Shown: one piece after another, positions 39,887-48,638 of the stretch
Layout of the letters: each line of letters opens with the position of its first letter
Numbering within the stretch: position 1 is the stretch's first letter
DNA from: an uncultured Rhodoblastus sp.
GTDB lineage: Bacteria; Pseudomonadota; Alphaproteobacteria; Rhizobiales; Beijerinckiaceae
Length of the DNA: 64,000 nt
Direction: 5' to 3'
Assembly (NCBI GenBank): GCA_964634325.1
Contig: CAZWJF010000009.1
Span: 94,028-158,027, forward strand
Notes under the pieces: generated by a model
Database searches by the model: none
What the model was told of the DNA's origin: nothing
Seen by the model: the letters and a program-made list of their open reading frames with translations, nothing else
Program-made: the position numbers and the translations under genes

Positions 39887-40561
39887 TTGCAAGTCGATCT
39901 GTCGGGCAGGGTTGCGCTGGTGACAGGCGCGAGCAGGGGCATCGGCGCCGCCGTTGCGTTCGCTCTGGGCTCCGCCGGCGCGAGAGTGGTCGGTGTCTCT
40001 CGAGCGCAGGGCGTCGACCTGCTCGATCGCGACAGCCGCGCAAAGCTCGATGCGGATGTCGACATCCTCGTGAACTGCGCCGGCATGCAGGCGTCGTCTC
40101 CGGCGCTCGACTATCGGCTCGATATCTGGGACCGCGAAATCGAGATCAATCTGACGGCGATGTTCGATCTCGCGCGTCGCGCCGCGCCCTTCATGATCGC
40201 GCGCGGCTGGGGGCGCATCGTCAATTTCACGAGCATTGCGGGAATTCAGGGCACGCGCGGAATCGTCGGCTATTCGGTCGCCAAGGCCGGCGTGATCGAA
40301 CTGACCAAATGCCTCAGCAACGAATGGAGCCCTCACGGCGTCACGGTCAATTGCGTCGCGCCCGGTTACATCGAAACCGAGATGCTGAGGCCCCTGACCG
40401 GCAACCCCGCCGCGGCTGAGACGACCAAAGGACGAATCCCGATCGGACGGTTCGGCGCGCCTGAAGAAGTGGCGAGCGCGGTCCTGTATCTGTGCAGCAA
40501 TGAATCGAAATACATCACCGGCGTCACGCTGCCGGTCGATGGAGGATGGATGGCGAGATGA
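39887..40561 (+). CDS. Short-chain dehydrogenase/reductase (compact, 224 aa)
   Basis: TTG start. VALVTGASRGIG, NCAG, YSVAKAGV (YxxxK), PGYIETEM. Its stop overlaps the radical-SAM start as ATGA. Confidence 0.8.
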   Translation: MQVDLSGRVALVTGASRGIGAAVAFALGSAGARVVGVSRAQGVDLLDRDSRAKLDADVDILVNCAGMQASSPALDYRLDIWDREIEINLTAMFDLARRAAPFMIARGWGRIVNFTSIAGIQGTRGIVGYSVAKAGVIELTKCLSNEWSPHGVTVNCVAPGYIETEMLRPLTGNPAAAETTKGRIPIGRFGAPEEVASAVLYLCSNESKYITGVTLPVDGGWMAR

Positions 40562-41598
40562 AGATTCAAACGATCGACCTTCGGCATAACAAGCGGGTCA
40601 ATCTCGGCGAGGCGGCCCCGTTGCCCGCGCCGTTTTCGCTGTACCTCGAGCCAACCAGCCTGTGCAACATGCGCTGCGAATTCTGCCCGACCGGCGATGC
40701 GAACCTGCGCAAGCAGCGCCCTAACGGCATGATGGATCTGGCGCTGGTCGACAAGCTCGTCGCCGATATCAAGGATTGGGGGATCCAGCTTCGCCGCATC
40801 AATCTCTACAAGGACGGCGAGCCTACGCTGCACAAGCAATTCGTGGAGATCGTCGAGACCCTCAAACGGGGCGCCGTTGCCCGAGAATTGTGGACCAAGA
40901 CGAACGGCCTGCTGCTGAACCCCGATCTCAACCAGCGGCTGATCGGAAGCGGACTCGACATGATCGGCGTGTCGATCAACGCGGTCAGCGGCGACGGCTA
41001 CATGCGGGTGACGCGCACGAAACTCGATTACGACAGACTCGTCGCCGGCGTGACAGACCTGTGCGAGCGCGCAAAGTCGGCGAATGTCCGCGTCCTCGTG
41101 AAGATCGCGGATTCGGGCTTCACGCCGGAGGAAATCCAGAAATTCCATTCGGACTTCGCAGCGGCGCAATATCTGTCGGTCGAGCAATTGCACGGCTGGG
41201 CCGCGTCCGACGCCAAGGACTGGACGCTCGGCACGAACCCCACGACATTCGAGGGCGCTGCGCTGACCGACAAGATCGCGTGCCCGCTCCCCTTCTTCAT
41301 GCTCGCTGTCAACTGGAACGGAACGGTCGGCCTGTGCAACGACGACTGGCTGCACGCCACATTGTGCGGCGATCTGCGCAAGCAGTCTCTGAAGGACATC
41401 TGGCACGGCGAGGAGTTGCGCAAGCTGCGTCTCATGCATCTCGAGGACCGTCGCCGGGAGAACGGGGCCTGTGGCAATTGCAGCAACCTGCGCACGCTGC
41501 CGGACAACATCGACGCTCATCGCCTCGGCATCTGGAAGCGGATGCACGAGCGCAGCGAGGCAGAGGCGGGGAGCGACGCCGGCAGGATCGCGGTGTAG
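40558..41598 (+). CDS. Radical SAM enzyme with C-terminal SPASM/twitch-like Cys-rich domain
   Basis: 346 aa from ATG 40558. CNMRCEFC (CxxxCxxC). C-terminal cysteines CPLPFF...GLCNDDW...LCGDL...ACGNCSN. Confidence 0.8.
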   Translation: MKIQTIDLRHNKRVNLGEAAPLPAPFSLYLEPTSLCNMRCEFCPTGDANLRKQRPNGMMDLALVDKLVADIKDWGIQLRRINLYKDGEPTLHKQFVEIVETLKRGAVARELWTKTNGLLLNPDLNQRLIGSGLDMIGVSINAVSGDGYMRVTRTKLDYDRLVAGVTDLCERAKSANVRVLVKIADSGFTPEEIQKFHSDFAAAQYLSVEQLHGWAASDAKDWTLGTNPTTFEGAALTDKIACPLPFFMLAVNWNGTVGLCNDDWLHATLCGDLRKQSLKDIWHGEELRKLRLMHLEDRRRENGACGNCSNLRTLPDNIDAHRLGIWKRMHERSEAEAGSDAGRIAV

Positions 41599-41610
41599 GC
41601 CCGCAACGCG

Positions 41611-42576
41611 TCAGAAGTTGATGCGTTCCTTCTCGATCACGAGCGGAAAATTGCGCGCGTAGTTCAGCAAGAGGCCAATGTATTCTCCGACGACGCCGAG
41701 CGCGAAGAGCTGTATCGAACTCAGGAAGAACACCGCGATCAGAACCGGCGCGACCCCGATCGGAAAGCTGTTCCAGAAGAGCAGCTTGACGATGAGGTAG
41801 ACCAACCCGGCCGCGAAACTGAGCAACGACGCGAAAAAGCCGAGAAACGTCATCAGCCGCAGCGGCGCGCGCGAGGAAGTCGACAGGCCGACAAGCGCGT
41901 AGTCTGCGAGCGAATACAGCGTGTAGCTGGAGCGCCCGTGCCGGCGGGGCGGCTGTTCGTATTCGACGAATGCGCGCTCGAACCCGACTTCCATCACGAG
42001 GCCCCGGAAGTAGGGTTCCGGTTCGTTGAGGGCGCGCATGGCGTCGATCACGCAGCGATCGTAGAGCCCGTATCCCATGTAATGCGGGATTTGTTCGATC
42101 TTCGACAGCCGCCGGATGAGCCAGTAGAAGGCGCTGCGCGCGAGCCCCAGAAGCGGATTCTCGGGCATCGGCTTCTTGACCGCGATGACGGTCTTGGCGC
42201 CCTGTCGCCACAGGCGAACCATTTCGGGGATGAGCGACGGCGGGGTCTGCAGGTCGGCCAGGACGGGCACGACCGCGTCGCCGCTCGCCAGAAGCGTCGC
42301 GTGGAACGGCGACCGCTGCGGCCCGAAATTGCGGGAATTGACGATCACCTTGACGCGCTTGTCGCCGGCGGCGATCTCCCGCAGCAGATCGACCGTACGG
42401 TCGCGCGAGCAATTGTCGATGAAGATGTGCTCGTAGGAGACGTCCGCCAGGTCGCGCGCCATGACGTCGCGGACGCTCTCGTAGCAGGCGACGATGCCGC
42501 CTTCCTCATTGTAGCAGGGCGTGACGATGCTCAGGACGGGCATGGACGAAGGCTCGGTAGCGTAAGCGCGCACCAT
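41611..42576 (-). CDS. GT2 polyprenyl-phosphate glycosyltransferase (GtrB/ArnC/DPM1-like)
   Basis: 321 aa. LSIVTPCYNEE...FIDNCSRD (DxD-like)...SRNFG... and two C-terminal TM helices ending VVGEYIGLLLNYARNFPLVIEKE, the hallmark of lipid-phosphate sugar synthases. Confidence 0.85.
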   Translation of the reverse strand: MVRAYATEPSSMPVLSIVTPCYNEEGGIVACYESVRDVMARDLADVSYEHIFIDNCSRDRTVDLLREIAAGDKRVKVIVNSRNFGPQRSPFHATLLASGDAVVPVLADLQTPPSLIPEMVRLWRQGAKTVIAVKKPMPENPLLGLARSAFYWLIRRLSKIEQIPHYMGYGLYDRCVIDAMRALNEPEPYFRGLVMEVGFERAFVEYEQPPRRHGRSSYTLYSLADYALVGLSTSSRAPLRLMTFLGFFASLLSFAAGLVYLIVKLLFWNSFPIGVAPVLIAVFFLSSIQLFALGVVGEYIGLLLNYARNFPLVIEKERINF

Positions 42577-42588
42577 GCCGGATCATCA

Positions 42589-43736
42589 TTAATTTTCCGC
42601 CATCGCGCCGGCCGTCAGGTTCGGAGGCTCTGCGACGCGCATGCGTTTCAGCCAAGCGGTCAGGCGACGATTGGCTGGCGCTTCGAATTTCGTGTGAATG
42701 GCCGAGGCGAGCGCCATGGCGAGCGCGGCGAACAGCAGCGTGGCGATCTCGCCCGTCCACGCATTCGCAAGCAGGGCCGGAGCGAACAGCAGCAGCGCGA
42801 TCTTGTAGAGCGGCAGCGCGAGCGCGTGCGTCATGTAGAGCGCGAAGGAAGCCTCGCCCGCTGCGACGAGCGGCTTCCAATGCAGGAACGACGCCCTGCC
42901 GGCCATGTCGCGCGCACCCAGCGACGCGATGAGAACGAGCGCGCCCGGAACGAATAGATAGTTGAGCGTCGCTTCGCTCTGGACATTCTGCGCGCCGTCG
43001 CGATGCAGCGCAAACGCGACGACCATCAGGCCGAGGCCGAGAAGCGGATGACCGAAACGCCATCGCCGCGCACCAGGACGGCGGCGAGCCCGCCGAGCGC
43101 GAACTCCGCGAAATGCGGCAGGGGATGGTGCTTCAGAAAGTCTGACGCTCCCGCCGCGTCCGTCGCGGCGGCTGCGATCGCCGCGCCGAGGACGCCGACA
43201 TAGGCGCCGCATGCGATTGTCCCGACCGACACGCGATTGGCCAGCAAGGCGCGGAAGAACGAGGGCGCGACAAGGTAGAAGGCGAATTCGCAGGACAGCG
43301 ACCATGACACGCCGTTCCATGCCTGCCGGATTTCCGGAGCGCCGATCGTCAGGTCGTGCAGCAGCAGGAAGTTGAGAACGGTCCCGCCAGGCGTTCCCTC
43401 GTAGCCTCCGATCGGCGCGCCGAGCAGGGCGAACAGCCAGAGCGAGACGAGCAGCGTCGCGACATGCAGCGGATAGATGCGAAAGATGCGGCGGGCGATG
43501 AAATCGCCCCATGTCGCGCGCCGGTCGAAGCCGTACATCAGCACGAAGCCCGACAGGACGAAAAACAGCGGCACGCCGAGCCAGCCGACCTCGCCGAGCG
43601 CGCGGACGACAGGAAAATGCGGCCAGGCGTCGCGCGTGTGATGCACCACGACCGCCAGCGCCGCGAAGGCGCGCAGCGACGTGAGCGCCGGAAGGACGCG
43701 CGGAGGCGAAGGCGTAGGGGCGACGGCCTGGTGCAT
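42589..43736 (-). pseudogene. Acyltransferase-3 (OafA-type O-acyltransferase) gene interrupted by a frameshift
   Basis: The N-terminal 2/3 is in one frame (43736->43026: LTSLRAFAALAVVVHH...WSLSCEFAFY...). The C-terminal 1/3 is in another frame (about 43075->42589: GHPLLGLGLMVV...LVAAGEASFALYMTHALAL...). The span is 1148 nt, not divisible by 3. Confidence 0.7.
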
Positions 43737-43813
43737 GGCCGCAATTTAGACGACGCGCATTGAACGCCTGTTCCAGGCTTGTCTCAAAGCCGATGCGCTT
43801 TGTTAAGCCGGTG

Positions 43814-45223
43814 TTAACCGGCGCGACGAGCCAGCGACGCCAGCGCCGAGACCGGCAGCAGGCGGTCGTCGATATAGAAGTCCGCGGCCGGTTTGCCGAA
43901 GTGCAATTCGTGATAACGCAGGCCCCAGCGCGCAAATTGATCCTCGGTCACCTTCCGCCAGTCCATGCCTGTGGCCGATCCGCGTGCGGTGAACATCACG
44001 ATGCGATGGCCCTGGTCGAAGAGCTCGTTGACCGCCGCAATCGCCTGCTCCAACGGTTCGGCGAGCGTGTAGTCATTGCCGGGCGTGAGGCTTGCGACGA
44101 CGCCGTCCACATCGACGACGAAGGTCAGCCGCGCATCGCTTGCATGTTCGTTCCGGTGGAGCGCCGGGCTCGGCGCGGGCGAGTGGCTTCGCGCGCGGGC
44201 ATGGTCGACCGTCTTGAGGATCGCCGAATCGAGCGACGTCCAGACGTCGAGGCCGAGCGCACGCGCCCGCGCGATCGAGGGAATGTAACGCGACCGCGCT
44301 GCATTCGCGTTCGCTTCGCCCTTGATGATTGCGCGTCGCCCGTCGGCCGCATGATGCGCGGCCTTGCGCGCGAGATCGCCAATCGCAATCGGCTCGTCGG
44401 AGCCGACGTTATAGGCGGCCCCCGCGCGGCCTTTCGCCAGCAGCGTCAGAAGCCATACTGCAAGATCGCCGGCGTAAAGATAGCTGCGCAAGGGCGAGCC
44501 GTCGCCCGCGACGACAACGTCGCGCCCGGCGACCGCGTCGCCAATGAAATTGCCGATCGCGAAATGCGCATCGAGCGGCAGGCCGGGTCCAACGAAGGCG
44601 AAGGCGCGCGCGATCACCGGCTGCAATGCGCCCTTCGCCATGGCGCATACGCACATCTGTTCGGCGACCCGCTTCGCCTGTCCGTAGGCCGAGCGTGGAT
44701 CGCATGGATCTGGCGCGCCACGATAATCCTCGTCGATGGCGTCGATGTCGGTTGGTTGGGGGCCGTAGACCGCGCCTGAACTGACGTAGAGCAGGCGCTC
44801 GGCGCGGGCCGCCGCGGCGAACTCGAGCACGCGCGCCGTTCCCGAGACAATCGTGTCGATCAGCGTCGCGGAATCGGAATCGGCCGCGACGCTTGTGTCC
44901 GTCGCCGCGTGAATGACATGACTGAAGCGGCCTTTCGGAAATTCGAAATAGCGCACGTCGCCATGCGCGAGGCTGATCGCCGCATGGTCTGCGAGCGCAG
45001 GATATGCAGCCCGGAACGCTTGCGGATTGCGCGTGAGCGCTGTGGCGCGAATGCCGAATTGGCGGTGCGCGCGCGCGATCGTCGCAAGCAGCCAGCGCCC
45101 GAAGAATCCCGTGCCGCCGGTGATGAACAGATTTGCGCCGCGCAGGCTCTCGAGCGCCGGGCCGCAATGCGCGATCGCCTCGTCGAGATCGCGCGGATCG
45201 AGCCCGTCGTAATCCTCGGTCAT
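43814..45223 (-). CDS. NAD-dependent sugar epimerase/reductase (extended SDR) fused to a HAD-like phosphatase domain
   Basis: 469 aa. N-terminal ~330 aa has ITGGTGFFG and SAYGQAK (YxxxK). The C-terminal ~120 aa has FVVDVDGVV (DxDG nucleophile motif)...MFTARG...GKPAADFYIDDR. ATGA overlap with the upstream ThDP enzyme. Confidence 0.8.
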   Translation of the reverse strand: MTEDYDGLDPRDLDEAIAHCGPALESLRGANLFITGGTGFFGRWLLATIARAHRQFGIRATALTRNPQAFRAAYPALADHAAISLAHGDVRYFEFPKGRFSHVIHAATDTSVAADSDSATLIDTIVSGTARVLEFAAAARAERLLYVSSGAVYGPQPTDIDAIDEDYRGAPDPCDPRSAYGQAKRVAEQMCVCAMAKGALQPVIARAFAFVGPGLPLDAHFAIGNFIGDAVAGRDVVVAGDGSPLRSYLYAGDLAVWLLTLLAKGRAGAAYNVGSDEPIAIGDLARKAAHHAADGRRAIIKGEANANAARSRYIPSIARARALGLDVWTSLDSAILKTVDHARARSHSPAPSPALHRNEHASDARLTFVVDVDGVVASLTPGNDYTLAEPLEQAIAAVNELFDQGHRIVMFTARGSATGMDWRKVTEDQFARWGLRYHELHFGKPAADFYIDDRLLPVSALASLARRAG

Positions 45224-47106
45224 GCCGGTTCGCGCGCCGCGGCTTTCGGCAGGAGATGCGCTGGCGCGGAGTCAGACGCGGGGTCGAGCGGTACGATCAT
45301 GTTGGCCCGCAGTTCGTCGCGCGGCAGAAGCGGCGACATGTCTTCGAGCGGCATGGAGCGCATCGATCCGTCGGCCTGCGGCAGCGCGGCCGATTTCGGG
45401 AAGAGCGCTTCGTCGGCGACGACTTTCACGTCGACCAGCAGCGGCCCGCAATGCGACAGCGCGCGTTGCAGACCCTCGTGCAGATCGGCCGCGTCTTCGA
45501 TCCGGAAGGCTTCCCATCCGAATGTCTTCGCCAGCGCCACGAAATCCGGAATGTCGAGCTTTCCGGCAGATCCGCTGCCGACATATCGGCCATCGAAGTA
45601 GTTGCGCTGCGTATTGCGGATCGAGGCGTAGCCGTTGTTGTTGAATACGATCAGCCGTAGCGGAATCTTCTGGCTGGCGATGGTCTGCATCTCCTGCAGA
45701 TTCATCATCAGCGAACCGTCGCTTTCGATTCCCACGAACGGCCGGCGATCCGACGCCATATAGGCGCCGATCATAGCGGGCAGCCCATAGCCCATCGCAC
45801 CGAGGCCCGAAGTCAGGAAGACGCGCTGGCCTTCCTTGTTCTGAAAGCCCGTGTAGAAAAATTCGATTGCGAGGCCCGAGCTTCCGGTGACGATCAGCGA
45901 ATGCGCCGGCAATTCATCGGACAGCGCTTGCGTCAAATGGAAGTGGCTGATGGGGCCGCGCGTCGGAAACGGGGCGCCGTCGTTGATCGGATAACGCCGC
46001 TTCCAGTCCGCGCAGCGCGCGAGCCACGCGCTGCGGTCGCGCGGGTTCGACTGGCGCGCAATCGGGATCATCGTCTCGATGAAATCGCGCGCGTCAGCCT
46101 GCACGCGCAGGACGAAGCTTTCGACGCCATCGAACTTGGCGAGCTCAGCCGGGTCGACGTCGACCATCACTTTCTTCGCATGTCGTCCGAATTTTTCCGG
46201 ATTGTGCGCGGTCACCACATTGTCCAGCCGGGCGCCGACAGCGATCACGAGATCGGAATTCTGGATCGCGAAATTCGGAGCGCGCAATGCGACGACGCCC
46301 GGCTTGCCGACGCTGAGCGGATGATCGGCGGGCGCCAGGTCGGTCGCGTTCCAGGTCGTCACGACCGGAATGCGCAAGGTCTCGTAGAGCGTGCGAAACT
46401 GCTCGGCGGCTTCCGCCAGACGAACGCCGTGGCCAGCAAGGATGATCGGCCGCTCGGCCTCCTCGATCAGGTCCATGATTTGCGCGCAAGCGTCGCTAAG
46501 CGCGGCGCTCGAATCTGAAGAAACCGGGGCGTCGAAAGGACGAAGCGAGGCGGGATCGATGGAAGCCGCCTGCACGTCGAGCGGTATGTCGATCCAGACG
46601 GGGCCGCGCCGGCCTGTCGTCGCCAGATGGACAGCTTGTTCGAGATGAACACGTATGTCCTGCGGATCGAGCACGGTCGCCGCATACTTGGTGATCGGCC
46701 GGACGATGGAGACGATGTCGACTTCTTGCGGCCCCATCTGGCGCACACCGCTGTCGCCCATCATGTCGGACCGTTTCACCTGACCCGAAATGATAAGAAG
46801 CGGCACGGATTCGATCCACGCGCCGGCGCAGGCCGTCACGGCGTTCGTGCCGCCGGGCCCCGTCGTCACGAGCGCGCAGCCGAGATGGCCGTTGACGCGC
46901 GAATAGGCTTCCGCAGCGATCGAGGACGCCTGTTCGTGATGGTTGGGCACATAGTCGAGCCCCGGCGTATTGCCGAAGGCGTCGCAGAGATACATCGCTC
47001 CGCCGCCGGGGACGAGAAACACAGAGCCGACGCCCTGGTCGCGAACGAAGGCGGCGACATAGTCCGCGAGACGAATCGTATTCGGGCCGGTCATGCGCGC
47101 GTCCAT
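45220..47106 (-). CDS. Thiamine-diphosphate enzyme of the acetolactate-synthase superfamily (YerE-like candidate)
   Basis: 628 aa. N-terminal Pyr domain (VFLVPGGGAMY...HHEQASSIAAEAYSR...TTGPGGTNA). ThDP motif IESDGSLMMNLQE-X-LIVFNNNGY (DG-X24-NN). Confidence 0.85.
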   Translation of the reverse strand: MDARMTGPNTIRLADYVAAFVRDQGVGSVFLVPGGGAMYLCDAFGNTPGLDYVPNHHEQASSIAAEAYSRVNGHLGCALVTTGPGGTNAVTACAGAWIESVPLLIISGQVKRSDMMGDSGVRQMGPQEVDIVSIVRPITKYAATVLDPQDIRVHLEQAVHLATTGRRGPVWIDIPLDVQAASIDPASLRPFDAPVSSDSSAALSDACAQIMDLIEEAERPIILAGHGVRLAEAAEQFRTLYETLRIPVVTTWNATDLAPADHPLSVGKPGVVALRAPNFAIQNSDLVIAVGARLDNVVTAHNPEKFGRHAKKVMVDVDPAELAKFDGVESFVLRVQADARDFIETMIPIARQSNPRDRSAWLARCADWKRRYPINDGAPFPTRGPISHFHLTQALSDELPAHSLIVTGSSGLAIEFFYTGFQNKEGQRVFLTSGLGAMGYGLPAMIGAYMASDRRPFVGIESDGSLMMNLQEMQTIASQKIPLRLIVFNNNGYASIRNTQRNYFDGRYVGSGSAGKLDIPDFVALAKTFGWEAFRIEDAADLHEGLQRALSHCGPLLVDVKVVADEALFPKSAALPQADGSMRSMPLEDMSPLLPRDELRANMIVPLDPASDSAPAHLLPKAAAREPA

Positions 47107-47111
47107 GCCTC

Positions 47112-48638
47112 TCAGATCCAGTAGCGCAGGATCGTCTTGCGGTTCGGATTCTCGTTGATCGCTTCATCGGTGTAGAAGGAGTCGTTGACGAAATGCGTCG
47201 ACGAAATCTCCTCGAACACCGCGCCGGTGTCGCTCTCGAAAGCGTGCCGGACGCCCGGCGCGATGGTCACGACCGCGCCCGGTCCGCAGATGCGCTCTTC
47301 GCCGTCGAGCTGCAATTTCAATTCGCCATGCAGGACGTGGAAGGTCTCTTCCTTCAGCTTGTGGAATTGCTCGGGATGTCGCTGACCGGGCAGGACGACG
47401 ATGAGCTTCTTGCAGTAGCCGCGGTTCACGACGGTCACCATGGTCAGGCCATAGGCGTCGAACCGCTCGATCCCGAAGTGATGCGAAATCTCCAGTTCCG
47501 CCTCGCCTGGCACGACGCCCTTGCTCTCCTTGAGCAATTGCTTCACCCGTCCGACGATGGACAGCACCTTGGCGCGAACTTCCTTGCGCTCGGTCGCTTC
47601 CGCCATGACGGGCGCGTCGGCCGGCAGGTCGCGCGTCGCCGTGAATTGCGAATACTTCGACCAGTCGTTGGCGGTTATCTGTCCGGACTGCGTCGGAATC
47701 GCGAAGAACACGTCGTCCGATTTGATCCTTTGTCCCTTGGCGACCGGGCGTTTGAGGAACGCGCCGCGACGCAAATCGCGCAAGGCGGCGAGTTCGTCCG
47801 GGGTGGGATCGATGCGCTCGCCGACGACGCCGGCGATTTGATAGGCCTTGCGCGCCGCTTCGAGCCAGGCGCGGGCCTGCTGCGGATTGGCGGAATAGTT
47901 GTTCAACGGATAGGCGTCGGTCGGCACGCCGATATGCTTCTCGAACAACGCCGCGCCTTTGGCGATCGCCATGGCCACAGGCATGGTCTCGTTCGGATCC
48001 TCGTGCGTCGAATAGCCGATGCGCAGCTGCGGATAGCGATGCTTCAATATGTCGATCTGGTTGAGCTGCAACGCCGCGTTCTGCGTCGGATATTGCGCGA
48101 CGCAGGCCATCAGCGCGAAATCCTTGTCGCGGTGCGTCAGGAACGCCACGACATTGTCCATGTCGGAATATTCGACGCCCGCAGTCGAGCCGACGATCGG
48201 CAGATTGACGGTCGCGATCTTTTCGAGCAGCGGCCAGTCCGTGAACGAGCAACTGGCGATTTTCAGTATGTCGAACCCGTCTTCGACGATGCGGTCCACG
48301 GACGGTTCGTCAAACGGCGTGCACATCGCCAGAAAGTCGTTGGACTTGATCTCGTCCACCAGACGTCTCGTCTCGTCACGGCTCAACCGCGTTTCCGAAA
48401 AGCGCTTGATGTACTTGATGTCCATACGGCCCTTGAAGGCCGGATGGATGAAGGTGTCGAGCTCGCGAAACTGCAGCTTGAAGGCGAAAGTGAAATCGAA
48501 ATCCTTCGCGAGAGCGCCGAACTCCCGGATGACGCGCAGTCCGTGTTCGACGTCGCCCATGTGATTGTTGGCGAGTTCGAAGATGAACAGCGGATTGGGC
48601 AGGCTGTTGCGCGGCATGGCGACCGTCTTGTCCAGCAT
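47112..48638 (-). CDS. NeuB-type sialic-acid-synthase-like domain + SAF domain + C-terminal cupin (D-lyxose/mannose-isomerase-like)
   Basis: 508 aa from ATG 48638 (GAGGGA upstream). LFIFELANNHMGD...FKLQ...KIASCSFTDWPLLEKIA...PIVGSTAG...YSTHE...FEKHIG (NeuB TIM barrel). LRRGAFLKRPVAKGQRIKSDDV (SAF). QRHPEQFHKLKEETFHVLHGELKL...GVRHAF (cupin). Confidence 0.8.
   Translation of the reverse strand: MLDKTVAMPRNSLPNPLFIFELANNHMGDVEHGLRVIREFGALAKDFDFTFAFKLQFRELDTFIHPAFKGRMDIKYIKRFSETRLSRDETRRLVDEIKSNDFLAMCTPFDEPSVDRIVEDGFDILKIASCSFTDWPLLEKIATVNLPIVGSTAGVEYSDMDNVVAFLTHRDKDFALMACVAQYPTQNAALQLNQIDILKHRYPQLRIGYSTHEDPNETMPVAMAIAKGAALFEKHIGVPTDAYPLNNYSANPQQARAWLEAARKAYQIAGVVGERIDPTPDELAALRDLRRGAFLKRPVAKGQRIKSDDVFFAIPTQSGQITANDWSKYSQFTATRDLPADAPVMAEATERKEVRAKVLSIVGRVKQLLKESKGVVPGEAELEISHHFGIERFDAYGLTMVTVVNRGYCKKLIVVLPGQRHPEQFHKLKEETFHVLHGELKLQLDGEERICGPGAVVTIAPGVRHAFESDTGAVFEEISSTHFVNDSFYTDEAINENPNRKTILRYWI

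Noticed and set aside
42589-43935. 448-aa ORF presented as one gene.
   Set aside because: Only its C-terminal ~160 aa look like real protein (acyltransferase-3 C-terminus). The N-terminal part is an Arg-rich out-of-frame read-through of the acyltransferase N-terminus and of the SDR::HAD 3' end. It is reinterpreted as the downstream half of a frameshifted gene.
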